Shown here piece after piece: positions 1 to 11,034 of a stretch of DNA of 38,102 bases. The stretch lies in the NCBI RefSeq assembly GCF_001194135.2, contig NC_068995.1, forward strand, positions 18,604,803-18,642,904, in the 5' to 3' direction. Numbering within the stretch: the stretch's first letter is position 1; the number at the start of each line of letters is the position of its first letter. Origin of the DNA: Octopus bimaculoides (lineage: Eukaryota). Both the position numbers and the translations under genes were made by a program. The notes below the pieces were generated by a model, which saw only the letters and a program-made list of their open reading frames with translations, made no database searches and was not told the origin of the DNA.

Positions 1-51
<51 letters not shown>

Positions 52-70
52 TACATATATACATGTGTGT
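1..70. repeat. (TA)n / (TACA)n microsatellite
   Basis: Direct: uninterrupted TA dinucleotide run at the window start, grading into TACA/TG repeats. Confidence 0.95.
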
Positions 71-369
71 GTCAGAGAGCGATCATGTATGTGTGTATGT
101 ATATGTTCCTGTGCGTGTTGGTGCACATTGAAGTAGCAGTATAATTAGTAAGTGAGATAAGTATACAGAGCAAGACCTTTATGTACGGACATTTGACTTA
201 CATTTTAGAATAGAGGTAAATTCCTTTTTGGTATATACATTCGTGTAAACTGCTTGCGAAAAGACAAGCACTCGCGTACACACAGAGTCGAATTCACTCA
301 CAAAGGGACACTTACAAACACATAAACAAGCATACACACACTCACATATCATCAGACACGTAAATACAT

Positions 370-500
370 TTATTCCAGTCTTTTACGTCCCAAATTCAAA
401 TCCTGCCGATAACGACGTTGCAGTTCATCTCGCCTAAATCGATAAAGTAAAGCACAGAACAAATCTCGGCTAAAATCGATTTAATGGATTCAACCAGCGC
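370..500 (+). mobile_element. Highly degenerate fragment of SINE family 1
   Basis: ttttacgtcccaaattcaaatcctgccgat...gttgcagttcatc...atcgataaagtaaagcac resembles the body (ttacgttctgagttcaaattccgccgaggtcgactttgcctttcatc...gtcgataaaataagtacc) of better copies at 3824, 15758 and 18572. Confidence 0.4.
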
Positions 501-1857
501 CTAAATTGGGATGCCATGCACAAAGGAAGAAATTGTTGTCGGGCCGTTGCTCGGCAAAATTGAGAAAGCGCCATGCAACATTGAGTATATATCCTATATA
601 TCCTTTCGTAATGATTTGAAATCCCACCAATGTTATGCTAGCCCTTTCTTACTTCGCAGTCAATAAAATAACGTACCATTCAGATATAGATGTCGATATT
701 TCCGCCTAATTGTTATTTCAACGTTTAGGCTTTGTAATTAAGTTAGAAACAATTTCTTATACAATAAATTTGAAGAAACGTTAGAGTATCGGAAAAATTC
801 CTTGCCGTATTTGTCCTGGCTCTTTTTATTCACATTTCTGATCCAACCGAGGACAGTTGTGCTCTCTGTTCAATCCATTGTGTAAAATGACACATTGGCT
901 TACTTTTATGAAGAATAGAAGACATGTTTCCTCTGTCTTGTGGTTACGTCGAAAACTTATTTGTTATCTGTTTCCTACAAGCTTCCATCAATGTTTAAAA
1001 ATATAATTTGGAGAAAAATTTGTTGGTGGAGAGGTTGTTGTTTCCCCCTTAATTTCTTTGAAAGGTGGTTAAGACTAGTACATATATACATGTAAATGAG
1101 TCTATTTTCAGCATGGGTCTAGATGTTGCGAAACACAGTGTGAGATAAGTTTCTTGGTGGTTTCGAATTCCTTAATTGGCTCTAAGCAGCAATCATTTCT
1201 GTTGGGAGACATTGCTATAATTCTGCTGTTATATGTTTTTATTATCACTTCTGTACGTGAATGCCAATATTTTTCCTTTTGACATTCTAACTTATTTGAC
1301 TTCTTTGAGCCCTTTTAGGTAATAGTGAAATCAGCATCAATGTTGGCAACAACAGCCTCTTCATCATCGCAATCTTCCTCTTCATTCTGTCTTTTGTTTT
1401 TGCGGTTGTTGTTCATCGATAAAGCATTATTTGTGGAACGTCCATTGAGAGTGTAACTCGTTTTCCTGTATAGGGTGTTTCCTTTGTTCATTTTATCAGT
1501 AAACCTTATTCTTAAGTTGAGCAATTTTATAACAGATTGGTCAACATTATTTTTTAGTAGGTAAACGGGCGAAATTTTGAAAAGAATTTAAAACAAAGCA
1601 ATGAATTACGAAATGATTTCCATACAATTGACTTTGCTGCCTGGCTCACAAGAAAGTAAGGTAAGAGATTGATTTGAATATGAGACTGTTCTTCGCAGTC
1701 AAAACCTCCCACCACACAAGACAATAGATGTAGTTAGTACTAGTCATAGTACCAGCAACAGTAAGAAAATCTACATTAGCAAAACACTACCAATATAATA
1801 ACTACATGCACAATATAATTTACACGGAAAGCAGGATATATTACTGTTTGTCTCAAT

Positions 1858-3660
1858 GACTTGCCGCGATTTTCGGCAAGGAAGGTGGAGTGTTCTGAAA
1901 AGGGATAAAGGTAACAACTACAGAAATACGGGAAGCTATGGTTGGCTGCGCAGTAGACAATTCACCTAGTTTGGATTGCCTGCCCTATGACCTTTAATTT
2001 TATATTCCAGATTTGTTTCGAGACCTCTTGGTGGATATCTAAAGAAACTGGTTGGAGAGCGGGGGAAATTCCTAGCTCTCTGATTAAAGGAACAGTTGCA
2101 TTTTGGAGAAAATAGCCCAACAAGGGAGATCAAATCTTTATTTTAAAGCCCCAAACTCTGTTAAATGCAGATTCCAAACTTTTGGTTAATGTTTCAGCGA
2201 AGAGGGTAGTTCTTGCTGTCGTTAGTCTAACTGGTAATGCACATACATTTGCCAGCCCAAGCAGATCTATTCACATCAATATCCACTTCATGATACATCA
2301 TGGAGAGGGCAATTAAAAAAACGTGGCAAGGAGAGGGCCCTGATATATCAGGTTCGTCAAATGTTTTAGATAGCGTCAACCACGAACGATGCTGTTCTAA
2401 TGGCTGTTGGTTTGGTCCTGTTTCTTGTGATTGGAATCTGCATGGTTAGGATGAAAGTTCTCGTATCAGAACCATTTAACCTCATATGCTCTACCCGTCG
2501 GTTGTCCTCTTTTCTCTCTTTTGTTTGTACTGACTCCTGAGGCACCACTACGGAAACAAGAGACATTTAGGATAATCCACTCGAGTGAGAATGTTCAACA
2601 ACTGCTTCGCCATACACGGAAAATGTCGACACCATTATGTGGGAAACCAAGCTCAAAGATGATCGACATTAGTACAATGGACTAGGAGGTGGTAACAGAA
2701 GAAAACATTATCAACAAAATCAGAGAGTTCGCATCTCAGCATCTGTAAAGGCAAGTACATATCGACCCACGAGACTAGTTGACAAGTAGGATGGTAATCT
2801 CACTTACAATTTAGTCGAAAGTAAGTCAGCCCTGAAATATCCTATATTTCTACCTATCGTACTCAGCTCAATCTCACAACGAAAAGTACCGCAGTGCCTG
2901 TGCTTCTGCTGTTCCTGGTATAGTTGCACCATTACCTATCAACATCCACTGAGTGAAATACGAAGTATACTCTAGCTGGTGTTCTACACACATGCACTGC
3001 AGCTGCGATTTCTCGAGAATTCTTTGACGGAATGCATGTGAAGTTACTGTTTGTGAGACTCGCTTTTCAACGTTTCTTTGAATGAGCTACAGTTCTGAAC
3101 GTAGATCGAGGAAAATTAACACATACCGCTTCTTGACGCGCTCGTAGCTCTTTGTCAGGCTAGCAATGCGGTTGGTAGAATTTCCTATCTGCGCTTTATA
3201 GCGTAAGTGGCAGGCATGTGTGATGACGTTCTCGAGAAAACTCTGGCAACACATCAGCCAATCGATTCTTATTGATTGCTTGGTCTGATGCAGGGAACTT
3301 TTGTACCGGGTCTCGTGGATGGTTTCCAGAAATCTCTTACCAAGCAGTAATACCGTGTGCGTTGCCAGTTCTCGATGATCACTACAGGCATGGGCCTGCT
3401 ATCTGTCGGGCCAATCATAGATGCATGCAGTTAAACGAAACTGTTCTGCAGGTACGTACGTATCCAAAGTCCGAAAACTGCTGACTTGTGGAAGTATGTC
3501 GAATACATCTGTCGTGTGTGGAACGAAGGCGACTCTCGATTGTGCCCATTGATAACATTCTGCCACTTTCCATTTGTCCGGAAAGGCAGGCAGTCTTTAT
3601 CAGTTTTGTAGTCTTAGCGAAATCGGTTATGCTGTGAACTTAACTGAAAGTGTTGAAAAC
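1858..3660 (+). mobile_element. L1/Tx1-clade LINE ORF2 remnant (RT domain to C-terminal zinc knuckle), frameshifted, with stops and an internal deletion
   Basis: Hand translation across frames gives collinear RT motifs: SPSLDCLPYDL (SPGxDGLPxE), PNKGDQI...LLNADSKLLVNVSAKR, LDSVNH (FDRVDH), GCPLFSLLFVLTPE (QGCPLSPLLF), decayed PYTENV at the YADDV position. ORF 3272..3484 and the downstream frame give CALPVLDDHYRHG...RCMQLNETVLQ, matching the L1/Tx1 C-terminal CxxC..ETxxH..C region. Confidence 0.75.
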
Positions 3661-3689
3661 AAATATTGTCCTGCATGGCAGAGCCCTCA

Positions 3690-4385
3690 TAAACCCTTTC
3701 AAGTCTTACCTCGTTTGAAAGTTGATAAAATAAATACCAGTTAAACACTAGGGTCGGAGAAAATAGTTTTGGCCCCTCCCCCGAAATCACTGGCCTTTTA
3801 CCAAAGATTTGAATCTATTAAAAGGCGGCGAGCGGGCTGAATCGTTAGCACTCCGGGCGAAATGCTTACCGGCATCTCCTCCGGTGTTGCGTTCTGAGTT
3901 CAAATTACGCTGAGATCGACTTTGCCTTTTATCTTTTCAGTATCAATTAAATAAGTACCGGTGGAGCACTGAGGTCGAAGCAATCGATTATCTCCCTTAC
4001 CCAAATTTCAGCTCTTTATTATTACCAAAGAGTCGAAGAGAAAGCAAAACGATCTGCGCCTTTTCTTTCTGAACCGAAATATCACCGAAATCGACTCTGC
4101 TTTTGGGCTCAGTAATTGGGTCAATATAATCGGCTTACTTCCTTTCGTAAAGATGCTAGCCTTGTGCCAACAATTGAAAACCATCTGTGGCGAAATGGTA
4201 GAATCATTAACGCTTGAAACAAGATGCTAAGCGATATCCTGATCATTACGTTATGAGTTCAAATTCCGCCGTGATGAACTTTCGCAGCTAAAACACTAAA
4301 TAGCAGTTGACCACTGGAGTGGATGAAATCAATTACCCCCCCCCCTTCCACTAAAATAGCTGGCCTTGTGTCAAAAAGTGTGAGA
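3690..4385 (+). mobile_element. Head-to-tail cluster of about 4 SINE family 1 copies (3' half 3690-3815, near-full 3824-4025, partial 4050-4185, near-full 4186-4385)
   Basis: Repeated Pol III-like head (ggcggcgagc..gctgaatcgttagc; B-box-like gagttcaaatt), central atcgactttgcc...ataagtacc, and 3' ggccttgtgcc/gtcaa ends, all collinear with copies elsewhere in the window. Confidence 0.75.
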
Positions 4386-5568
4386 GCTACTTATTAATTT
4401 GGATCAGAAATTAAAATGCCTATCTAGTGTAAGTGGAATCATGTACTGGACTTATTTAATTCTTGCACATGTACTTGTTTTGAGATATGTATACATCTCA
4501 GTATTATTTTTCTAACATAAATATTCATATTTTAAAGAAAAGCGGATATTATACAACCATCGATCTGTTATTTATGCTGTAGTTTCGGAACCAATAAAGA
4601 TATTGCATATTTCACTACGTCCCCGAAATCGAATTTAATACGTCTTCAATATATGAAGTATACAAGATATTTTGTCTTCCACTGCTAAGTCAACGAATCA
4701 CCATTGCCCATTGCAGTTTCGATTTAGTATATTCTCTTTGTTATTTTAACACTGGCTTTATCTTATTTCACAGTACTTTCAAAATAGCATCTGCCAGTTC
4801 GTTCCAACAATATATCATGTCCTACACTATATAATGCCTATTTTATTTTATAATTAAATGTAGCAATATATACAAAATAGTATGTACCAGTCCTTGATAG
4901 TATATATATTCACAAAATTTAAAAACAGATGAAGTACTTAACATAATTAATAAAAGAAGACAAACATTAAAATATAAATAATACTTAAACAATAAGACAT
5001 TGAGACTTGTGAAAGAGATACAAAGTGCGAAACTGTGAGAAAAGCGTTACGGATTAAATTTCTAATTTGTACTTGAGCTAATAATTTATAAGCACGAAAT
5101 CGATATCTTACCGGAATCTAACAAGGATATACAATCCAATTTGGTGTAAACAGAAAGCTTTTCTCTAAAACATTCTATAAAGTACGCCCACTATTTAAGT
5201 ACATATTGTACATATCTGAGCCGTGTTAGAGCATGCATGTACCTATTCCTATTTACATACATGCACGCATACATACATACATACATACGTACGTACACAC
5301 GTACACACACACATACATACATACGTACATTCGTACACAAGCACACACACACACACGCACACACACATATATGAGGAAAATAAAACAAGGTAGAAAATAG
5401 CAAATTAATTTTATCACGAAATACATTTCAGTCTTTTCGACTTTTTCAACTAAGAATAAAATAAGAAAATAAATTAAGTTGAAGAAAAAATTAAATGGAA
5501 TGTTTTGTAAATATTTCCATAGTCTTCACAAAGGTAGGACATTTTCCTTTTTTTTTTGTTTTTCTGTT

Positions 5569-5574
<6 letters not shown>

Positions 5575-5615
<41 letters not shown>
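5575..5615. repeat. (CT)n microsatellite running into an assembly gap
   Basis: Direct. Confidence 0.95.
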
Positions 5616-5745
5616 NNNNNNNNNNNNNNNNNNNNNNNNNNNNNNNNNNNNNNNNNNNNNNNNNNNNNNNNNNNNNNNNNNNNNNNNNNNNNNNNNNNNN
5701 NNNNNNNNNNNNNNNNNNNNNNNNNNNNNNNNNNNNNNNNNNNNN
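5616..5745. other. Assembly gap (N run). Other gaps: 11039-11345, 19967-20226, 23077-23361, 27959-28085, 32978-33056, 33695-34276
   Basis: Direct: N runs, nearly all flanked by TA/CT/TG microsatellites, typical of short-read scaffolds. Confidence 0.98.
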
Positions 5746-5851
5746 ATCAGATCTGAAGAAATCGTGTTTATTGGTGCAGAGAAATGTTTGTTTCTGAAGT
5801 TTGATAGTTTAAGCAGCAGCAGCAGTCGAGAATGCAATCAGCGACGACGAC

Positions 5852-5934
5852 GAAGAAGAAGAAGAAGAAGAAGAAGAGGTAGAAGAAGAAGAAGAAGAAG
5901 AAGAAGAAGAAGAAGAAGAAGAAGAAGAAGAAGA
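5852..5934 (+). repeat. (GAA)n trinucleotide tract, one interruption
   Basis: Direct; preceded by short (GCA)n and (CGA)n runs. Confidence 0.97.
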
Positions 5935-6163
5935 TTGTCCGTGGGATCTAAATTTAATGGTCAAATGACCTAAAAGTGACCTGCCTGTTGTGGCTGTAGC
6001 AATTGTGGTGGGAACAGTTCTAAATAAATCCATGCGTAGCGATTGTTCTTAATATATCTATCGTTTTTAATATTTGCATGGGTGTTATTCTAAGATACAT
6101 GTAGTAGTGTCATCTGCGGTGGAAGCACGGACAGCTCTATTACTGGGTCATACCGCGCTTTTC

Positions 6164-6263
6164 CTTCTTCTTCTTCTTCTTCTTCTTCTTCTTCTTCTTC
6201 TTCTTCTTCTTCTTCTTCTTCTTCTTCTTCTTCTTCTTCTTCTTCTTCTTCTTCTTCTTCTTC
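6164..6263 (+). repeat. (CTT)n trinucleotide tract
   Basis: Direct; reverse complement of the GAA tract ~230 bp upstream. Confidence 0.97.
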
Positions 6264-6863
6264 AACCGGTATTTACCTTTACAAAAGTATTTCATGTCAA
6301 AATGATCTTATTTTCCTTATAAGTATCAACTTGTGTGTTAATTTTCAACCTTCTACACACAAACGTACACACACACACAGAGATATAAAATACCTATACA
6401 AAATCCATGCATTCCTACATTATACGTGCAATTAATGAAGGAACAAATGATGTCCATGATTAGTCATTCAATAGTCATACAATTTACAGTAGTACCTATG
6501 TTTAGGTGCGACTGAAATACTTTTGTACTACGCTATTTAATCAGTACAAGGCATGTGCACACTGTTGAATGAAATCTCATTTCTGGTGCATTGTGATTGA
6601 ACAGATTTCAGTTGTCTATTTTATTTGATTTTTGTAATATGAATATACTTGGAGCATTTTATGTTTACTGTATAATATTAACAAATATCGAGCATGTTAA
6701 GCTTACTAACGAATTCGACGTTTTTAACACACCTATGTGGTTATGCCTCTCTGTCTTCTAGTAGTCTGTATGCTTAACTTCTCTGACCCTCTCTCTCTAA
6801 ACATGTGTGTGTGTATGTGTGCGTGTGTGCGTGTGTATGTGTGTGTGTACAATGGATAAGAAA

Positions 6864-7048
6864 ACGAATGGTTTACACCTGGTAGCTTACTGGTAAAGCA
6901 CGGTCACTTTCACAGTGATAGTTAGGTATATAGCAAATGAAAGACAGAAGGTGGAATATACGAGAATTTATTGTTAATCACGACAATTGTTTCGACACAT
7001 CTAGCATCAATTCCTTTTGGGTGAGACACTCAACAACTGGTTCAGGAA
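6864..7048 (-). mobile_element. Penelope pLTR / retrozyme-like module with a decayed type I hammerhead (copy A)
   Basis: Minus strand reads UCAC-ccaaaag-G..stem II..UC-GAAA-CAAUUG-UC-GUGA: palindromic stem III (ACAAUUGU), GUC triplet and a 4-bp stem I. The CUGANGA core is replaced by CCAAAAG. Homologous over ~170 bp to 22524-22690. Confidence 0.55.
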
Positions 7049-7049
7049 C

Positions 7050-7230
7050 ATCCGGTGGTGCAGAGGTAACTCGTCGGGTGATAACCAAATACGACTCGTT
7101 AAAATGATTGTACCGCAATGGAACTTTCCGTTTTGTAGACAGAAATGCAGCCAGACGGAGGAAATATCTTCATTTATGTAGAAGATCAAAAATAAAATCA
7201 CACACGGCAAAAAGAGAATCGAACACATAA
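7050..7230 (-). mobile_element. Possible decayed Penelope GIY-YIG C-terminal tail upstream of copy A
   Basis: Frames give CRV... then FLIFYINEDI...HFCLQNGKF, loosely parallel to CRLC...LFILWTNEKII...RCLLAYK of the 7.9-8.1 kb fragment. Weak. Confidence 0.3.
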
Positions 7231-7501
7231 TCTAGCGAGAAAAGTATCTAAAATAACCATTAACTGATATGGATGTATAACTGCTCTTGGACAAGCTGCA
7301 TGGCGCGTGTACACTCGCACATACAAGCATCTGCAAAAATGTGAGCATACGTACACGTGAGATTTGGTGCACTCATGATGATAAAGTGAGTTGGTTATCT
7401 ACTTGGTGGTTACAAGAATGGGGAAGTTAAGAGAAAACTTAAGTCATCCATAACTTAAAGTAAATTAAGTTAAATTCAATTAAGTCAACATTCATTCTCA
7501 C

Positions 7502-7661
7502 TCGTTCAGAAATTCTAGTAATTATCTTCTCGTTAGTCCACAGAATAAACATGGATTCCTCTTAGCAGAGACGGCACCTCCTGGAAATTATATTGTATGG
7601 TTTCGCATAACTTACACTGGACCAATTAATGCTGTACTTCATTTTATCCTCCTTCAGTCGC
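7502..7661 (-). mobile_element. Inverted copy of the Penelope GIY-YIG C-terminal segment
   Basis: End of ORF 7562..7762 (-), LKEDKMKYSINWSSVSYAKPYNIISRRCRLC, is a near-duplicate of the + strand segment 7891-8051; about 19 differences in ~160 nt by hand alignment. Confidence 0.85.
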
Positions 7662-7689
7662 CTTACAAATAAATACGATAAATGCTCAA

Positions 7690-8090
7690 GCAGAGAAAAA
7701 TCAAAATTCCGTCGATGAATCTCTGTATGAGTACAAATCTTGTATATAAATGTACCCTGCACACAAGGGGAGGGCCCTATGTTTACATCGGGCAGACGGC
7801 TGATTCATTTAAGAATCGTTATTGTAACCATGTTGCCAGCTTTAAGACAATCAATAAGAGATATTCAACATCTTCGGCAGATTTTTTATGGTGACCTAAA
7901 GGAGGATAAAACGATGTACAACATTAATTAGTCCATAGTAAGTTACGCGAAACCATGCAATATAATTTCCAGGAGATGTCGTCTCTGCTCCGAGGAATCC
8001 CTCTTTATTCTGTGGACTAACGAGAAGATAATTAATAGAATTTTTGAACGACTCTCGAGATGCCTGCTCGCATATAAATGCATTTTTCTG
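7690..8090 (+). mobile_element. Penelope-like element 3' fragment (GIY-YIG endonuclease), frameshifted
   Basis: CMSTNLVYKCTLHTRGGPYVYIGQTADSFKNRYCNHVASFK...STSSADFLW, then after a frameshift DLKEDKTMYNIN*SIVSYAKPCNIISRRCRLCSEESLFIL...: the VY-x-YIG motif, the F-x-x-R-Y-x-x-H motif and the CxLC..E tail of Penelope endonucleases. Confidence 0.85.
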
Positions 8091-8140
8091 AATGCAGTGG
8101 GAATGAGTTTTGAGTAACCGTTAAATTAATTTGCATTAAG

Positions 8141-8142
<2 letters not shown>

Positions 8143-8220
<78 letters not shown>
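8143..8220. repeat. (TG)n microsatellite
   Basis: Direct. Confidence 0.95.
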
Positions 8221-8223
<3 letters not shown>

Positions 8224-8399
8224 AATACGCACGCACTCACATATATATACACACGTATGTTTAGAGGGTTGAAATATATAAAAGAATAAAGGAATAAAAG
8301 AACGTACATATGTGAATATGTATGCATGTGTGTAGTTATGCATATAAGCAATTTCAAACGATTAGTTGAGCTGGTTAATCTTTAAATTTGGTCGGTTAT

Positions 8400-8900
8400 T
8401 TTGCAGCATATACGTATGATGGCGAAGCGGATCATATTTATATCATGGTATAAGAAACAATTGTGGTATGTGTTACGTCTCATACAAAGGAGCTGTAAAC
8501 GGAGAGGAAGACAGGGATAAATGTAGAGTTTGACGGATATACGTTGTTTCAGGATTACATACTTGAACATTAAATCAATATAACATTGAGAGTTCGACTC
8601 AGTATGGGAGCCCAACCGAACAGATAGTGTTTGACATGGAGAATTAATCACAGATCATTATATCCTGGAAGTAGTATAGTATGTGTTGAAGAGTAGAGAA
8701 AGCAAAATCCTTTTGTTTGCGGATGATTAAGCCTTGTTGATACATACGTTCTCACAAAGAATTGAATGAACATTTTTCAGAAGGTCTAGTTTATTTTTGA
8801 GATTGTGAAATCATTGCTGACACACTTACGGTCGAAAGTTGCTCGAGCTTTGCTAATGTCAGTGAGAGATTATCGAAAAAGTAATCTCTAGCATTGAGTG
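8400..8900 (+). mobile_element. Probable RTE-type LINE reverse transcriptase remnant
   Basis: LLFADD*ALLIHT at ~8710-8750 (RTE-like LLFADDCAL) and upstream YVLRLIQRSCK (F-x-LRQLQEKC-like). Heavily decayed; may continue to ~9500. Confidence 0.45.
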
Positions 8901-9015
8901 GACATTAAGTTTTGGAAAGGACATTTAAGCTTTGACATACATATGTATGTATATGTGATATATATATATATGCGTGTGTGGTGTGTTTTTGTGTATGTAT
9001 GGATGTGTGTGTACG

Positions 9016-9069
<54 letters not shown>

Positions 9070-10435
9070 GGGTTTAGGTGTATATGTATCTACGTCGGTA
9101 GGTACGATTGTATGTGTATTGGAATAGTCTGAAACTGCGTAGATCTCAGATCTAGATTAATTGACGGAATATTTTACTGTACATATTTATCTAATGCATT
9201 TGTATCACCATTATTTCGAGGTTTTTGAAGGAGTCCAACATGTTTCCGTCAAGAGTGTTTGCAAATTATATGTTGCACTACACATAATTATCTGAGTGGA
9301 ATATAGCTGATTCACGAGGGCAAATAATTTAGCAGATAGAAAATGTCTTGTCCTCTATGAATGGGGTTTTACTTTGAAGGAACTTTGACATTTATGTAAA
9401 AAGTGTCAGAGGAACAATCGAAAATTGGAGTACATCAGCAATTTTATGAACGCTCCTTAGCAACTTACTGTAGGTCAGAACGTTGCCATTAACTGACCTC
9501 TTAGTTTTGGCTTCATCCTAATTCAATATTTCTAAGGTTGTCAACCTGGTTAGTATTGTCTCTTATCAAGCTTCATTAAGTATTTTGATTGAACAAACAC
9601 AATACTATAAGTTGGTGAATACCTCCTTAATAACTTAGGTACATTGTATATCTTACTACAGAAAATGGTACTCAGCTAAATCTATGAAGAGATGTACTTG
9701 ACTACAAAGGAAATGTTGATTAACATTTTTTCAGCTACGTTCACCACTGCACGAATAGAATGGCTGCAAACTCTGCTTTTCTAAAAAAACAATTTGATAA
9801 CAAAATATGATGAAGAAATATTACGCAGGTCACGTGCACAATTTACTTGACATATTCAAATACATTTTAATTTCCAATGTATACTGTCTGCGGTACTGCA
9901 TTCAGAAGAATATAACGAACAAAGTAAGTAAGGATATGAAGGTGTGTACTGCAACATCTCTGAAATAATGATCACTCATAAAAAACTTCGGAGTTTAGGA
10001 TGATGTCATTACCAAGTTGTTGCTAATATTTAGTGAAACCTCATATATTTACCTTTAATAAGCTTGGCTCAGTAAATCATGTTGGTGTAGTTTATGGTTT
10101 AAATACATGTGTACATGATGGGGAATGCCGTAGTTATTTATTTTAGAGCAGTGTTAATTTCAGAGCTAAAAAAAACCAATATCTATAAAACGGTGGTGTT
10201 CGTACTATGCGTTCCAACAATGTGTTTAGTAGTAATGTAATACATATTAGATACTAAGAGTTTGGAAATTCACATCATATCATCATATATCAACATGTTA
10301 TTGTCATTACAGATATATTACCAATAATTAGAATGAAAAAGGTATTAGTGCGGAAGAAATATCTTCAATTTAATTCGAATGAATATGAATCATATATATT
10401 GTAATATATATCTCGAGTATCGTTTGCATAATAAC

Positions 10436-10436
<1 letters not shown>

Positions 10437-10507
<71 letters not shown>

Positions 10508-10595
10508 TGATGATGATGATTATGATAATGACGGTCATGATGATAGCAACAACAACGACGACGACGACGACGACGATGATGATGATGATGATGAT
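10437..10595. repeat. Compound trinucleotide microsatellite (AAT)n-(GAT)n-(AAC/GAC)n-(GAT)n
   Basis: Direct. Confidence 0.95.
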
Positions 10596-10769
10596 AACTA
10601 CTTGTTGAAATGCGACTTGAGCAAAATAATCAGATGATGATAGCAATAGGTAATATATTTTTACTTTAAGCTTGAAACAGGATCTTGTGTGCGTTTAACC
10701 AATCTTTTTGATTCATGTTCGTTCATTTGCTAGCCTAAAGTGTAGTGTGATATTGTCGGAGATTTTAGG

Positions 10770-10975
10770 GTAGTAATAGTCTCTTTTGCCGCCTATTTTT
10801 ACAGTGCGTGGTGAGGCATATAGTCAAATGGCAAAGCCGACCATTTGACACATACAGGTACAACTGATTTTTTCCAGTCGAATGGACCGGAGGAAGTTGA
10901 AATAACGTCTGTTGCCCAAGTATATGACAAGTCGCTGGCACTGAAATCAGGATTTACAACTCAGCCCCGTGCCAC
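10770..10975 (-). mobile_element. Degenerate SINE remnant (CORE-like central box)
   Basis: ccagtcgaatggaccggagg..gttgaaataacgtctgttgcccaag resembles the gtgaagtg..ttgcccaag CORE-SINE box read on the opposite strand. Decayed. Confidence 0.4.
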
Positions 10976-11001
10976 CACACATACACACACCTATATATCC
11001 T

Positions 11002-11034
<33 letters not shown>

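Noticed and set aside
5809-6033. Poly-Ser / poly-Arg / poly-Glu ORFs over the GAA tract
   Set aside because: Open only because of the trinucleotide repeat; no splice or homology support.
7345-7400. Minus-strand CAUCAUGA-GUG...CAC-GUGUAC, a possible third hammerhead relic
   Set aside because: The core has two mismatches, GAAA is absent and there is no convincing stem I or III; too weak to call.
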